Notes: generated from the sequence alone by a model not told the origin. 48,480 bases of DNA from Candidatus Falkowbacteria bacterium (GCA_018693855.1 JABHMO010000029.1:1-48480); one strand, 5' to 3'; counted from the first letter of the stretch, positions 38,208 to 46,888 are shown. Translations and numbers: made by a program.

Positions 38208-39071
38208 ATGTCCGATCAGACTATTGCTAGCCAAGACGCAGCGAAGGTTGTTGCTTGTACAAGTCAGTGCATGCATCATTTGTTAAAATTAGGATTGACA
38301 CTTCAAGATGCACAGGCCGTGATCAATGATCCAAAATTAAGAGAACGGGTAATGATGTTTTGGAAAAATCAAGGCACGATGCCGGGAATGGAATTAACCG
38401 TAGTTGAAACTGAAAGTCAAAAGCAAGCTCGAGAGATTTTTGGAAGCAATTTTCTGGGGTTGCCTGAAGTCTTCAAATATTTTTCAACTGTTTTTACCGA
38501 GGAGCAAGTTAATGCTCTTGCTAGGCTTCCTTTTTCAAGGGAGCAGCTCGAAAGCCTCAAAGAAACTCATGTTTTGGTGGCAGATTTGGGATTGAGCATT
38601 CTTCAAGTTTGTGCGAGAGAAAATAATTATGATTTGTTCATGGATGGAGTATATTTCGATGAATTCGGCGGGGCATGTCTTTTTGATGGTGACGAAGATG
38701 AAGATTCTGTCCGAGAAGAAAGATCCCCTACTTGGAGATTGATCAGAAAGAAACGACATCCAAAATCAATTCTCGAACGAGGAGGACTTAGTTTTGAAGC
38801 AAAAAAGAGTTTGCTCGATTTTAGCGAATGTGCGTCAACGGTTGGAGCAATTGTCTATGGTATGGTTCTTTTTTTCCTAAAACAGAATGAAAAATTGTTT
38901 CAGGATCCTGTAAGTACGGGAACTATTGTCACTCGTAATTGTAGTGATTCTCCTCAGCATATTATTGCTTGTTGGGGTGATACGGGAATTTATTTTCAAA
39001 GAGAACACGATAATGAAGAATGGGAAGGTTTGGGCCTTGCTTCTGAAATAATCCCTGATTTTTGTGAATAG
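38208..39071 (+). CDS. hypothetical protein, paralogue of 36909..37931
   Basis: Same shared motifs; AAGGAGG SD; terminator GGCCC...GGGCTTTT similar to that of its paralogue. Confidence 0.8.
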   Translation: MSDQTIASQDAAKVVACTSQCMHHLLKLGLTLQDAQAVINDPKLRERVMMFWKNQGTMPGMELTVVETESQKQAREIFGSNFLGLPEVFKYFSTVFTEEQVNALARLPFSREQLESLKETHVLVADLGLSILQVCARENNYDLFMDGVYFDEFGGACLFDGDEDEDSVREERSPTWRLIRKKRHPKSILERGGLSFEAKKSLLDFSECASTVGAIVYGMVLFFLKQNEKLFQDPVSTGTIVTRNCSDSPQHIIACWGDTGIYFQREHDNEEWEGLGLASEIIPDFCE

Positions 39072-39330
39072 TTATCATTAATAAGGCCCTAGCATAACAC
39101 GCGTGGGGCTTTTAAATTATTTCTATATACTTCTATAGTAAAGTGGACGTTAAATGATGTGAATAATTACCTAAACTTAAACAAAAAGACCCTGTGGTTG
39201 GGGACGAAAGGCTTGTCTAAATATACGATACCTGCTACGCTTTAATTAACAATTAAGTTTACATAATTATCAATTTTGCAAATGATTTAGTTGTTGTTTG
39301 CAATATCTGTAAATTAGTAAAATTCATAAT

Positions 39331-39600
39331 ATGGAATGGCTTACAAATTTATTTTCAGGCGGTAATAAAAAAGAAGAACCTACACCTCCGGCAGAAGAAG
39401 TACAAGAAAAACCTCCAGTGAAAGGAATGAGTGAAGAAGCTAAACAAGAGTTAGAGGATGCAAATACAAAGTCAGCCGAAATGATGGAACCAGAAGAGGC
39501 TACGGGACCAGAGGACGAAGACGATGAAGAAGAGGAAGGTGGTTTTGGTGATGGTGGAGAAGAACCAAGTGAGGAAGAACCAAAAATGCCAAGACAATAA
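39331..39600 (+). CDS. acidic, probably disordered small protein
   Basis: Glu/Asp/Pro-rich 89 aa with an amphipathic N-terminus (MEWLTNLF). Confidence 0.75.
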   Translation: MEWLTNLFSGGNKKEEPTPPAEEVQEKPPVKGMSEEAKQELEDANTKSAEMMEPEEATGPEDEDDEEEEGGFGDGGEEPSEEEPKMPRQ

Positions 39601-39668
39601 ACGTAATTTCAGTATTATAAAATCCCAACGGATGAGTCCGTGGGGATTTTTGTTTGGTTGATGTTAGA

Positions 39669-40280
39669 TTATACCACTTTCGGACGGACGAGGTAGTGAA
39701 GTCCATCGTTTCGATCAATGTTTAGCGGTTCAAAGCTGATACTGAATCGTTTTCCACGTAGGCATCTGATGACTGGTATACATGGAATATTATCAGCGTT
39801 CGTAACAACTGTTCCCGGAAAAATTAAAATCCAACCAGCTCTGGTATGATCTAGGAATGATGTTCCTTTTTTCCCTTTTCCGATAATACGCGCTGCATCA
39901 CTGAGTCCTAGATGTGCACTGTAAGTTTCCAGGTGTTGTTTTAGTTCTTTCTCTCTAATTTCGCCTCGTGGTTCATTCAAAAATATGTATGTAATATCTT
40001 GGAACTTTCCTTCTGGAACGTCTTTTTTAATTTTTGAACCTCGAGGGATCAACTCTGGACAGTGTGTTATGCTTGGAAACTTTTTATATTGCCCATGTTC
40101 CATTATCAGCCCAGCGATTTTTTCAATGAGTCTAGGTTTCTTCAATAGACCAGCAATGACAGCATCGTCTCCGCCAGCGCGGTGAACTGCATTGATGATT
40201 CTCTTAAGCACTCGATGTCCAACTATCGTGAATGCCAGTAGAAGACCAGGAGCTGATTTTTTAGAAGACTTGGAGGTCAT
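39669..40280 (-). CDS. hypothetical protein (orphan cassette)
   Basis: Start MTSKS with an AAGGAAG SD; promoter TTGACA-N17-TAATCT (~40337-40365, minus); terminator ~39619-39652. Confidence 0.75.
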   Translation of the reverse strand: MTSKSSKKSAPGLLLAFTIVGHRVLKRIINAVHRAGGDDAVIAGLLKKPRLIEKIAGLIMEHGQYKKFPSITHCPELIPRGSKIKKDVPEGKFQDITYIFLNEPRGEIREKELKQHLETYSAHLGLSDAARIIGKGKKGTSFLDHTRAGWILIFPGTVVTNADNIPCIPVIRCLRGKRFSISFEPLNIDRNDGLHYLVRPKVV

Positions 40281-40419
40281 TGATTCTTCCTTCTTGCTGA
40301 GAGAAAGTTCGAGACACAAAATGAACAAGTTGCTATAGATTAACAAGAAATGAATTTTTTGTCAATATCAAAACCGCACGGAATGCTCCGAGCGGTCTTT
40401 TGTTTGAGAGAAAAACGTC

Positions 40420-40701
40420 CTATCTGATTGGTTGTGGCTTTTTCTTTTTCTTCGGTACTGTCGGGGCTTTTCTTGCCGCCCTTTTCTCCTGCGCCGCTTT
40501 TGCTCTTTCTTTCTTTTTTACTTCCCTTACAAGATATCTTCCGACTTTTTCTTGTAGCTCTGGATCTGCGATGAAGGCGGCTAGTGTGGACGTATCTCCT
40601 TTGGCAGCTCTGATTCCATTCACTAGCGTGCGTAGACCTTGAAGCCCTAGGAGGTTGTTTTCGATGAGAAGTTTAAGTCCTGAATCTTCCATTTCCGACA
40701 T
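40420..40701 (-). CDS. hypothetical protein with a Lys/Arg-rich tail (orphan cassette)
   Basis: Promoter TTGACA-N17-TAATCT (~40741-40769, minus), nearly identical to that of the neighbouring cassette; terminator AAAACCGC...GCGGTC. Confidence 0.7.
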   Translation of the reverse strand: MSEMEDSGLKLLIENNLLGLQGLRTLVNGIRAAKGDTSTLAAFIADPELQEKVGRYLVREVKKKERAKAAQEKRAARKAPTVPKKKKKPQPIR

Positions 40702-40807
40702 GTTAGTTCTCTTTCTTCCTCGGTGATAAAGGGTAGCACCAGATTAACAAGAAACTAATCTTTTGTCAAGTTTAACTTTTGAATTATTTTTGATAGAATG
40801 TAATAGT

Positions 40808-40896
40808 GATGCGGATATACGGATGAATACGAATGATACTGATTTAATTAACCAATCAGTATCCGTATTATTAGTATGCATCCGTATATCCGTATT
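40808..40896. repeat. inverted array of (T)ACGGAT/ATCCGT(A) units
   Basis: GCGGATATACGGATGAATACGAAT...ATCCGTATTATTAGTATGCATCCGTATATCCGT, just before mutS. Confidence 0.75.
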
Positions 40897-40901
40897 TATT
40901 T

Positions 40902-43469
40902 ATGCCCGAACTAACTCCCATGTTCAAACAGTTCTACGAAATAAAGGATCAGCATCCAAATGAGTTGCTGCTTTTTCGGATGGGTGATTTTTATGAGATG
41001 TTTGGTGAGGATGCTAAAAAAGCTTCGCGTATTCTAAATATTGTATTAACTGCTAGAAATAAAAATACTCCGAATGAAACACCAATGTGCGGTATTCCTC
41101 ATCATGCTCTTAATAATTATTTATCAAAACTGCTGAAAGCCAATCAACGTGTTGCGATCTGTGACCAAGTTAGCGACCCTACATTACCAGGAATTGTGAA
41201 ACGTGAAGTAACTCGAGTGATAACTCCTGGGACAACTCTTGATGATAATACTCTTGAGAATAAAAACAATAACTTTATCGTCAGTCTTTATTTACAAAAA
41301 AATATCTGGGGACTGGCTGTGGCTGATTTAACAACGGGAGAGTTTAAGGTCGCAGAGATTGCTGATTTTAATTTATTGAAAAATGAACTGTTTCGATTGG
41401 ATTACTCGGAAATAATTTTACCTGAATCTTTATCGAAAAATGAAGATCAAGAAGAGTTTTTAAACGAATTGCGTAATAAAAACATTTTTCAGCTTCCAAA
41501 CTTTGAAAAAGCTTATAAGGTTTTGACAAACCATTTCCAAACTCAGAATTTGAACAGTTTTGGTGTTGAAAAGATGAAAGTTGCAATTGAGGCTTCTGGT
41601 GCTTTGGTGCGATATTTGAAAGAAACGCAAAAAAGTGAGTTAAAACATATTAATAAAATAATGCGATATAGATTTGACGATTGCATGGCTCTAGATGAGG
41701 CAACTATTCGGAATTTAGAGCTGTTCTTCCTCAGTTCAACGGGCGAGTATGAAGGAAGTCTACTTAGCGTACTTGATCGAACAATTACAAATATGGGCGG
41801 GCGAATGTTGCGAAAATGGTTACTTGCTCCATTACTTAAATCAGAAAAAATTGCACAACGTCATGAAGTTGTTGATAAATTTCGGAATGATCATACATTA
41901 ATAAAAAATCTTGCTGAAAAGTTGAAACAGGTCGCTGATTTGGAACGGCTAGTTGCAAGAATCAGTTGTAATAGAACAAATGCTCGAGAACTAGTTGCTT
42001 TGCGATCAAGTTTGCAGTTAATTCCAGAGATTAAGGAGCTAGTTAGTAGTTGCGACGCTTTGATGATTAAAAACTTTGTTTCACAACTACCAGATCATAC
42101 AGAGTTGATTGATTATTTGAATACTGTTTTTGTTGACGATCCTCCAACTTTGATTACTGAGGGCGGTATGATTAATGATGGTTTTAATAAGAAACTTGAT
42201 GAACTGCGAGAGATTTCTAAGGGCGGTAAAAGTTGGCTGAACGAATTTCAAGCTAAGGAAGTGGAACGGACAGGAATTACTTCAATGAAAGTTAAATATA
42301 ACAGAGTTTTTGGTTATTATCTTGAAATTAGCAAATCAAATCTTGATCAAGTGCCAGAGGACTATATTAGAAAACAGACGCTTGTTAATGCAGAGCGATT
42401 CGTTACGCCAGAGCTAAAAGAGTATGAAGAAAAGATTCTAAATGCTGAAGACGAGATTCATAAAATTGAACATCAGATATTTTTAGAAGCTGTTGAGAAA
42501 GTTATGACCTTTTTTGAATCAATTGCGAAAACAGCTGATATTATTGCTCAGATTGATGTTTTGCTTTCATTCTCGATTATTGCTAATGAGAACAGCTACG
42601 TCATGCCTCAGATCGCTCAGGGTGGGGAAGTTGTGATTAAAGACGGTCGGCATCCAGTGATTGAAAAATTTCAAAAAGAGATGTATATCCCAAATGATTT
42701 GGAGTTGAATCATGATAAGCAGGAACTTCTACTTCTGACTGGTCCAAATATGAGTGGTAAGTCTAGTTTTCTGCGACAGACTGCTCTGATCTGTCTGATG
42801 TCTCAGATTGGTTCATTTGTACCTGCCAAGGCAGCTCAGATCTCTATTGTTGATCGGATTTTTACTAGAGTTGGCGCTTCTGATAATTTAGCACAAGGGA
42901 TCTCTACTTTTATGGCTGAGATGCAGGAAGCTGCTAATATTATTAATAATGCAACAAAAGATTCACTGATAATTCTAGATGAACTAGGTCGAGGTACTTC
43001 GACTTATGATGGAGTTAGTATTGCTTGGGCAATGATAGATTATATTCATAATAATGTCGGTGCCAAGACTTTATTCGCGACTCATTACCATGAACTCACT
43101 GATGTGATTGATAAACTCGATAGAGCTGATAACTACTGTGTCGCAGTTAGTGAGAATGAAGGCAAGGTCGTTTTTCTACACAAGATCGTCAAAGGTGCTA
43201 GTTCGCAAAGTTATGGAATTGAAGTTGCCAAATTAGCAGGATTGCCTGATGAATTAATCAACAAAGCATCTCAAATATTGCAAAACCTAGAATCAAAAAC
43301 AGCTTTAAATAACAATAAAAAAGAAGTCCAGCAAGGGACTTTGCCCCTTAATCTAACCCCCAAAGAAAAAGAAGTCACAGACAATCTGAAGAAAGTCGAC
43401 GTGAATAACTTAACTCCCATGGAAGCGCTTAAGAAGTTGTCTGATTTGACGGATGAGCTGAAAGGTTAA
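40902..43469 (+). CDS. mutS: DNA mismatch repair protein MutS
   Basis: FRMGDFYEMF, GRHPVIE, TGPNMSGKS, DELGRGTST, FATHYHEL and YGIEVA. Confidence 0.98.
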   Translation: MPELTPMFKQFYEIKDQHPNELLLFRMGDFYEMFGEDAKKASRILNIVLTARNKNTPNETPMCGIPHHALNNYLSKLLKANQRVAICDQVSDPTLPGIVKREVTRVITPGTTLDDNTLENKNNNFIVSLYLQKNIWGLAVADLTTGEFKVAEIADFNLLKNELFRLDYSEIILPESLSKNEDQEEFLNELRNKNIFQLPNFEKAYKVLTNHFQTQNLNSFGVEKMKVAIEASGALVRYLKETQKSELKHINKIMRYRFDDCMALDEATIRNLELFFLSSTGEYEGSLLSVLDRTITNMGGRMLRKWLLAPLLKSEKIAQRHEVVDKFRNDHTLIKNLAEKLKQVADLERLVARISCNRTNARELVALRSSLQLIPEIKELVSSCDALMIKNFVSQLPDHTELIDYLNTVFVDDPPTLITEGGMINDGFNKKLDELREISKGGKSWLNEFQAKEVERTGITSMKVKYNRVFGYYLEISKSNLDQVPEDYIRKQTLVNAERFVTPELKEYEEKILNAEDEIHKIEHQIFLEAVEKVMTFFESIAKTADIIAQIDVLLSFSIIANENSYVMPQIAQGGEVVIKDGRHPVIEKFQKEMYIPNDLELNHDKQELLLLTGPNMSGKSSFLRQTALICLMSQIGSFVPAKAAQISIVDRIFTRVGASDNLAQGISTFMAEMQEAANIINNATKDSLIILDELGRGTSTYDGVSIAWAMIDYIHNNVGAKTLFATHYHELTDVIDKLDRADNYCVAVSENEGKVVFLHKIVKGASSQSYGIEVAKLAGLPDELINKASQILQNLESKTALNNNKKEVQQGTLPLNLTPKEKEVTDNLKKVDVNNLTPMEALKKLSDLTDELKG

Positions 43470-43558
43470 GGTTTGTCGAGGTGGGGGGAGAATACTTGAT
43501 TTACTGATCAGTCGTTTTTGTCAAAAGTTAAGTGTTAAATGTCAAATGTTTTTTACTA

Positions 43559-43587
43559 TTGACATAAAACAAACAATTAGCTAATAT
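43559..43587 (+). promoter_or_regulatory. sigma70 promoter of structured RNA 1
   Basis: TTGACA-N17-TAATAT, preceded by a 7-bp T(C/T)AA(A/G)TG array. Confidence 0.8.
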
Positions 43588-43593
43588 ATCTTT

Positions 43594-44020
43594 ATCCGGA
43601 GGTGGCAACGACCTCCTTGCCTGGAAGTCCGAGAATATTGACGAAACTCCGGACTGGCAAAAAAATGTGCAGTTGTCGGACTGTGCGGGCTTGTTTCGGG
43701 AGGACCGAACGCGAGCTAAAAGTTGCGCTTCTCCTCGCGGGAGAGCATCAACGAGAGATGTGAACGGTGATTTAGTCGGAAGAGTCGTGACGTTCTAAGA
43801 AGCCCTTTGTGGTGGAGAGTGATCGAACTTTCGGGTCAACTTGATCATCTAGGAGAAGTGTATTCTTGGTTTTCGTAAACGCCACCAAGAATACGTCGGA
43901 AATCATGCTTGACGCCTGTATTGGTCCAAACGGCCATCTATACAGCTATTCGCACGATTTCCGACATTCCGACCGATTATCCAAGCTCGTCCTCTTCTTC
44001 GAGGGCGCGCTTTTCTTTTT
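43594..44020 (+). ncRNA. large structured RNA 1, unknown class (~430 nt)
   Basis: GC-rich island bounded by a promoter and terminator, with dense hairpins (e.g. GGAGGT/ACCTCC, GTATTCTTGGT/ACCAAGAATAC, GTCGGAAATC/GATTTCCGAC). No credible ORF. Confidence 0.75.
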
Positions 44021-44074
44021 ATTTATTAATTGTGATTTTCAAGTCAAATGTCAAGTGTTAAATGTTTCTTATCC

Positions 44075-44103
44075 TTGACATAAAGTAAGTTCTGTACTAG
44101 AAT
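44075..44103 (+). promoter_or_regulatory. sigma70 promoter of structured RNA 2
   Basis: TTGACA-N17-TAGAAT, preceded by the same 7-bp array. Confidence 0.8.
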
Positions 44104-44109
44104 GTGTCT

Positions 44110-44471
44110 ATGCGAGGGGGGGAGGTACCATTCCTCTTGAACTTACACCGGCTACGGTGTGCTAGGTTCGAAATGGCGAGTGGGGAGCCAAGACTCCATT
44201 TGCGCAGTCCTTCGGGGCCATCACATTTGTACTCTTCTTACTTGGGTCGTAGACCTGAGCCGTCAGAGGGATGGCGGGGCTTTTGCAACCCTTCCATTAA
44301 GAATGTATCTTCGAGATTTGCGGGCCAGCCCATATAGCTGGATCTCTCAAGACAAAGTCCGTTGATCCGATTATTTGGTGTCTATAGAACACTTAGATCA
44401 ACTTCCTCGGACCCTTCTTGGCCGCGATCATCATAGCTCGTCTCCGACTTTCGGAGGCGCGCTTTTCTTTT
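44110..44471 (+). ncRNA. large structured RNA 2, apparent paralogue of RNA 1 (~360 nt)
   Basis: Same two-hairpin 5' layout and the same 3' end CGAT(T/C)ATC..AGCTCGTC...GGCGCGCTTTTCTTTT; includes a cUUCGg tetraloop. Confidence 0.75.
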
Positions 44472-44564
44472 AAAAACTTTAATTGTTTGTACATGTTAGT
44501 ATTTATTCTTGCAATTGACGCAAATTTCCTCTATAATTTATATAATAAATAATCGAAATAAAAT

Positions 44565-44768
44565 ATGGCAAGTTTTGAGAATCTTCCTCAGGAAGTTGTT
44601 CCAAGTAATGCAAGTAGCGAACAAGTTGAAAGAGAGATGTGGGAACACAGAATGCCTGCCTTAAAAAGAGCATTACAAGAACTTCGTCAAGATGGACGAA
44701 AGCAATTTTTTACATTGTCAGATTTAGCTAATGATAGATTGGCAAAAATGAATAAACAAGAAGTATGA
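44565..44768 (+). CDS. small hypothetical protein
   Basis: 67 aa, behind a TTGACG...TATAAT promoter-like site. Confidence 0.55.
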   Translation: MASFENLPQEVVPSNASSEQVEREMWEHRMPALKRALQELRQDGRKQFFTLSDLANDRLAKMNKQEV

Positions 44769-44854
44769 CAGACGAACAATTGCTTGATGTCCCTGAATCT
44801 CAGCGAAATGAGATTGTTGCTTTAGCTAATAGCTGGATAGAACTAATACATTAA
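44765..44854 (+). CDS. 29-aa ORF overlapping the previous stop (ATGA), possibly a frameshifted continuation
   Basis: MTDEQLLDVPESQRNEIVALANSWIELIH. Confidence 0.35.
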   Translation: MTDEQLLDVPESQRNEIVALANSWIELIH

Positions 44855-44974
44855 AATGTCATGTAGAATAGCCAGAATTATTATTATGTTTTAGATTTTT
44901 TTGTAATTTGGCTTAGAGGTCGACATAACTTATTATATAACTATATTTAACGATTTATAATTAATCTATAAACT

Positions 44975-45319
44975 ATGGAAAAACCAACAGAAATGGGTAC
45001 AGAAGTACTCGACAAAGAGAAAATTCAGGTGGACTCTCTTAATGAGTCATGGGGAGTTATATTAGTCAAGAAAGATGGGAAAGTATATCTCATTAACATG
45101 GGAACGTCCTCACTTGATTTGATACAACAGGGATATTCAGATTCAAACGGTAATTTCGATTTAGTCAAGTATTTTCCTGATGCAGAGCAACTTGGTGTGG
45201 TCGTTGAAGTTCAAGGGGACGATTTAGGTGCTATGAATGAAGAATTTGACAATGTTAACGGAAACAGACATGCGGAGTGGCCAACGGTTCAGAAATACTT
45301 AGATCAAATCAAAAAATAA
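44975..45319 (+). CDS. hypothetical protein
   Basis: 114-aa ORF with an AT-rich leader. Confidence 0.7.
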   Translation: MEKPTEMGTEVLDKEKIQVDSLNESWGVILVKKDGKVYLINMGTSSLDLIQQGYSDSNGNFDLVKYFPDAEQLGVVVEVQGDDLGAMNEEFDNVNGNRHAEWPTVQKYLDQIKK

Positions 45320-45552
45320 ATTATAAAAAGTATTAAGAAAAGGACGTTTTTGGCTACATCTGATTACAGTATTTGTTTGGTTATGGGACGTTGGTATTAG
45401 TTAAATTTGTATAGAGTGTTAATTTCCCTCTGTTCGAATTTTCATTCATTGGCTTGATGAAGGTTCGAGTGGAGTTTAATGAAAAACGTGTATCTGGTAA
45501 GCGTGGTTATTTTATTATTAAAAGGAGAACTTTAGGTATACGTAAGTGTTGT

Positions 45553-45831
45553 ATGACAGACGAACAATTACTTAGAATAAACAATTTACTTGACGGCTCG
45601 GACTTGACCGACGAAGCTAGGGATTTGTTGCGGCAGTTTTTTGAGTCTATTGCGGCTCAACCTCAATTTGAAAAGATTTTGAATCTGTTAGAAAAATTCC
45701 CGTCTTTGTTTGATAATTTCTGTCATTGCTTTGAATTAAAAAGAAAATTCTTGGCTTCAGGCGCAACTGAAGATCAATGGAATAAGTTTTTGGAGAAAGA
45801 AAAGACTTTCTTTGAGGAAATTGATAAATAA
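45553..45831 (+). CDS. small helical hypothetical protein
   Basis: Likely start MTDEQLL; 92 aa. Confidence 0.7.
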   Translation: MTDEQLLRINNLLDGSDLTDEARDLLRQFFESIAAQPQFEKILNLLEKFPSLFDNFCHCFELKRKFLASGATEDQWNKFLEKEKTFFEEIDK

Positions 45832-45853
45832 TTAATAAATAACAATAAATTTT

Positions 45854-46243
45854 ATGGAGGAAACATTTGGAGGCGGTTTATGGACATTAGCATGGATTGT
45901 AATTTATCTTTTTACAGCATATTGCTATTTCCGAATCGCTGTTAAATTAAAAAGAGGGACACCTTGGTTTGCTTTTATTCCGATTCTGAATATGATTCTG
46001 ATGCTTCAGATGGTTAAAAAACCGCTTTGGTGGGTTATTTTGATGTTTATTCCATTCGTTAACATGGTGATTGGTATAATGGTAGTTTATTATTTAATGA
46101 AAGAACTTGGTAAACCAGGTTGGTGGACAATTTTAATGATATTACCAATTGTTAACTTTGTCATTCTGGCTCTATTAGCTTTCGAAAAGAATACTGTTGC
46201 ACCGTCAAACCCAACTCCGCCAACAATACCATCAGCTCAATAA
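45854..46243 (+). CDS. DUF5684-like membrane protein
   Basis: Repeated W.AFIPI.N and KPxWW...IP.VN motifs. Confidence 0.8.
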   Translation: MEETFGGGLWTLAWIVIYLFTAYCYFRIAVKLKRGTPWFAFIPILNMILMLQMVKKPLWWVILMFIPFVNMVIGIMVVYYLMKELGKPGWWTILMILPIVNFVILALLAFEKNTVAPSNPTPPTIPSAQ

Positions 46244-46342
46244 ATTTTTTCTCAATACTAAAAAATAGGGCACTAGCTCTATTTTTTGTTTGATTGAATC
46301 GTGTCGGGTTACTTTTATGTTTATGCGTTAAAGACGGTTTAA

Positions 46343-46470
46343 ATAACAAAATACAAGTACCAAATTACAAACAAATTACAATAACCAAAATCATAAACTT
46401 TAAATAGTTTGGAAATTAATATTTGAAATTTGATATTTGTTTTTAATTTGGTGCTTGCTATTTGGGATTT
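46343..46470. repeat. palindromic element family B, copy 3
   Basis: ACAAAATACAAGTACCAAATTACAAACAAATTACAA...TTGATATTTGTTTTTAATTTGGTGCTTGCTATTTG. Confidence 0.7.
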
Positions 46471-46528
46471 ATGTCATCATCAGAGCATGGAACGTTAAGA
46501 CTGTGATGATGTTTTTGTCGATGCGTAC

Positions 46529-46537
46529 TTATCCACA
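46529..46537 (+). promoter_or_regulatory. consensus DnaA box
   Basis: TTATCCACA, 10 bp upstream of the lexA -35; a single copy. Confidence 0.4.
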
Positions 46538-46547
46538 GGTGAAAATC

Positions 46548-46603
46548 TTGACGTTCGCATTCTGTTCGGTATAATGAGTATATAAAGCGAACAAGAAGCG
46601 AAC
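46548..46603 (+). promoter_or_regulatory. lexA promoter with two direct-repeat LexA operator candidates
   Basis: TTGACG-N16-TATAAT; GTTCG-N6-GTTCG at 46553-46568 and CGAAC-N6-CGAAC at 46588-46603. Confidence 0.8.
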
Positions 46604-46709
46604 ATTGTCACGTATCACATAGCACGTAACACGTAACGATTATTTAAGAGTTTCTAGTCTATCAATATTTACTATATTCACTCTATTTACTAAATTTACT
46701 TTTACTCCT

Positions 46710-46847
46710 ATGAAAAACAAAAACTTAAGAACAGCAAAACAAATTACTACTTTCTATGAAGTCGGCCTAATCGACGAAATCGAATACACTCGATTACTTT
46801 CAACTAACGACGATACCGGCAAAATGCTTCGTTCATTGCTTGTATAA
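46710..46847 (+). pseudogene. probable C-terminal remnant of a four-helix-bundle (23S-IVP-like) gene
   Basis: QITTFYEVGLIDEIEYTRLLSTNDDTGKMLRSLL resembles the family C-terminus; flanked by short tandem arrays. Confidence 0.5.
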
Positions 46848-46888
46848 TCCTAACAATCTAACTACCTAATTACCTAACACCTAAAAAT

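Noticed and set aside
39181-39240. Riboswitch or T-box remnant (GGGGACGAAAGGC)
   Set aside because: Resembles a terminator arm, but no matching partner strand or T-box motif could be established.
43594-44471. tmRNA, RNase P, group I/II intron, or the short ORFs 43866, 44104 and 44159
   Set aside because: No GGGG...CCA tRNA-like ends, no GAGGAAAGUCC, and no recognisable intron core. The ORFs have non-ATG starts, no SD and atypical composition.
46529-46537. Replication origin
   Set aside because: Only one perfect DnaA box; no cluster and no dnaA/dnaN nearby.
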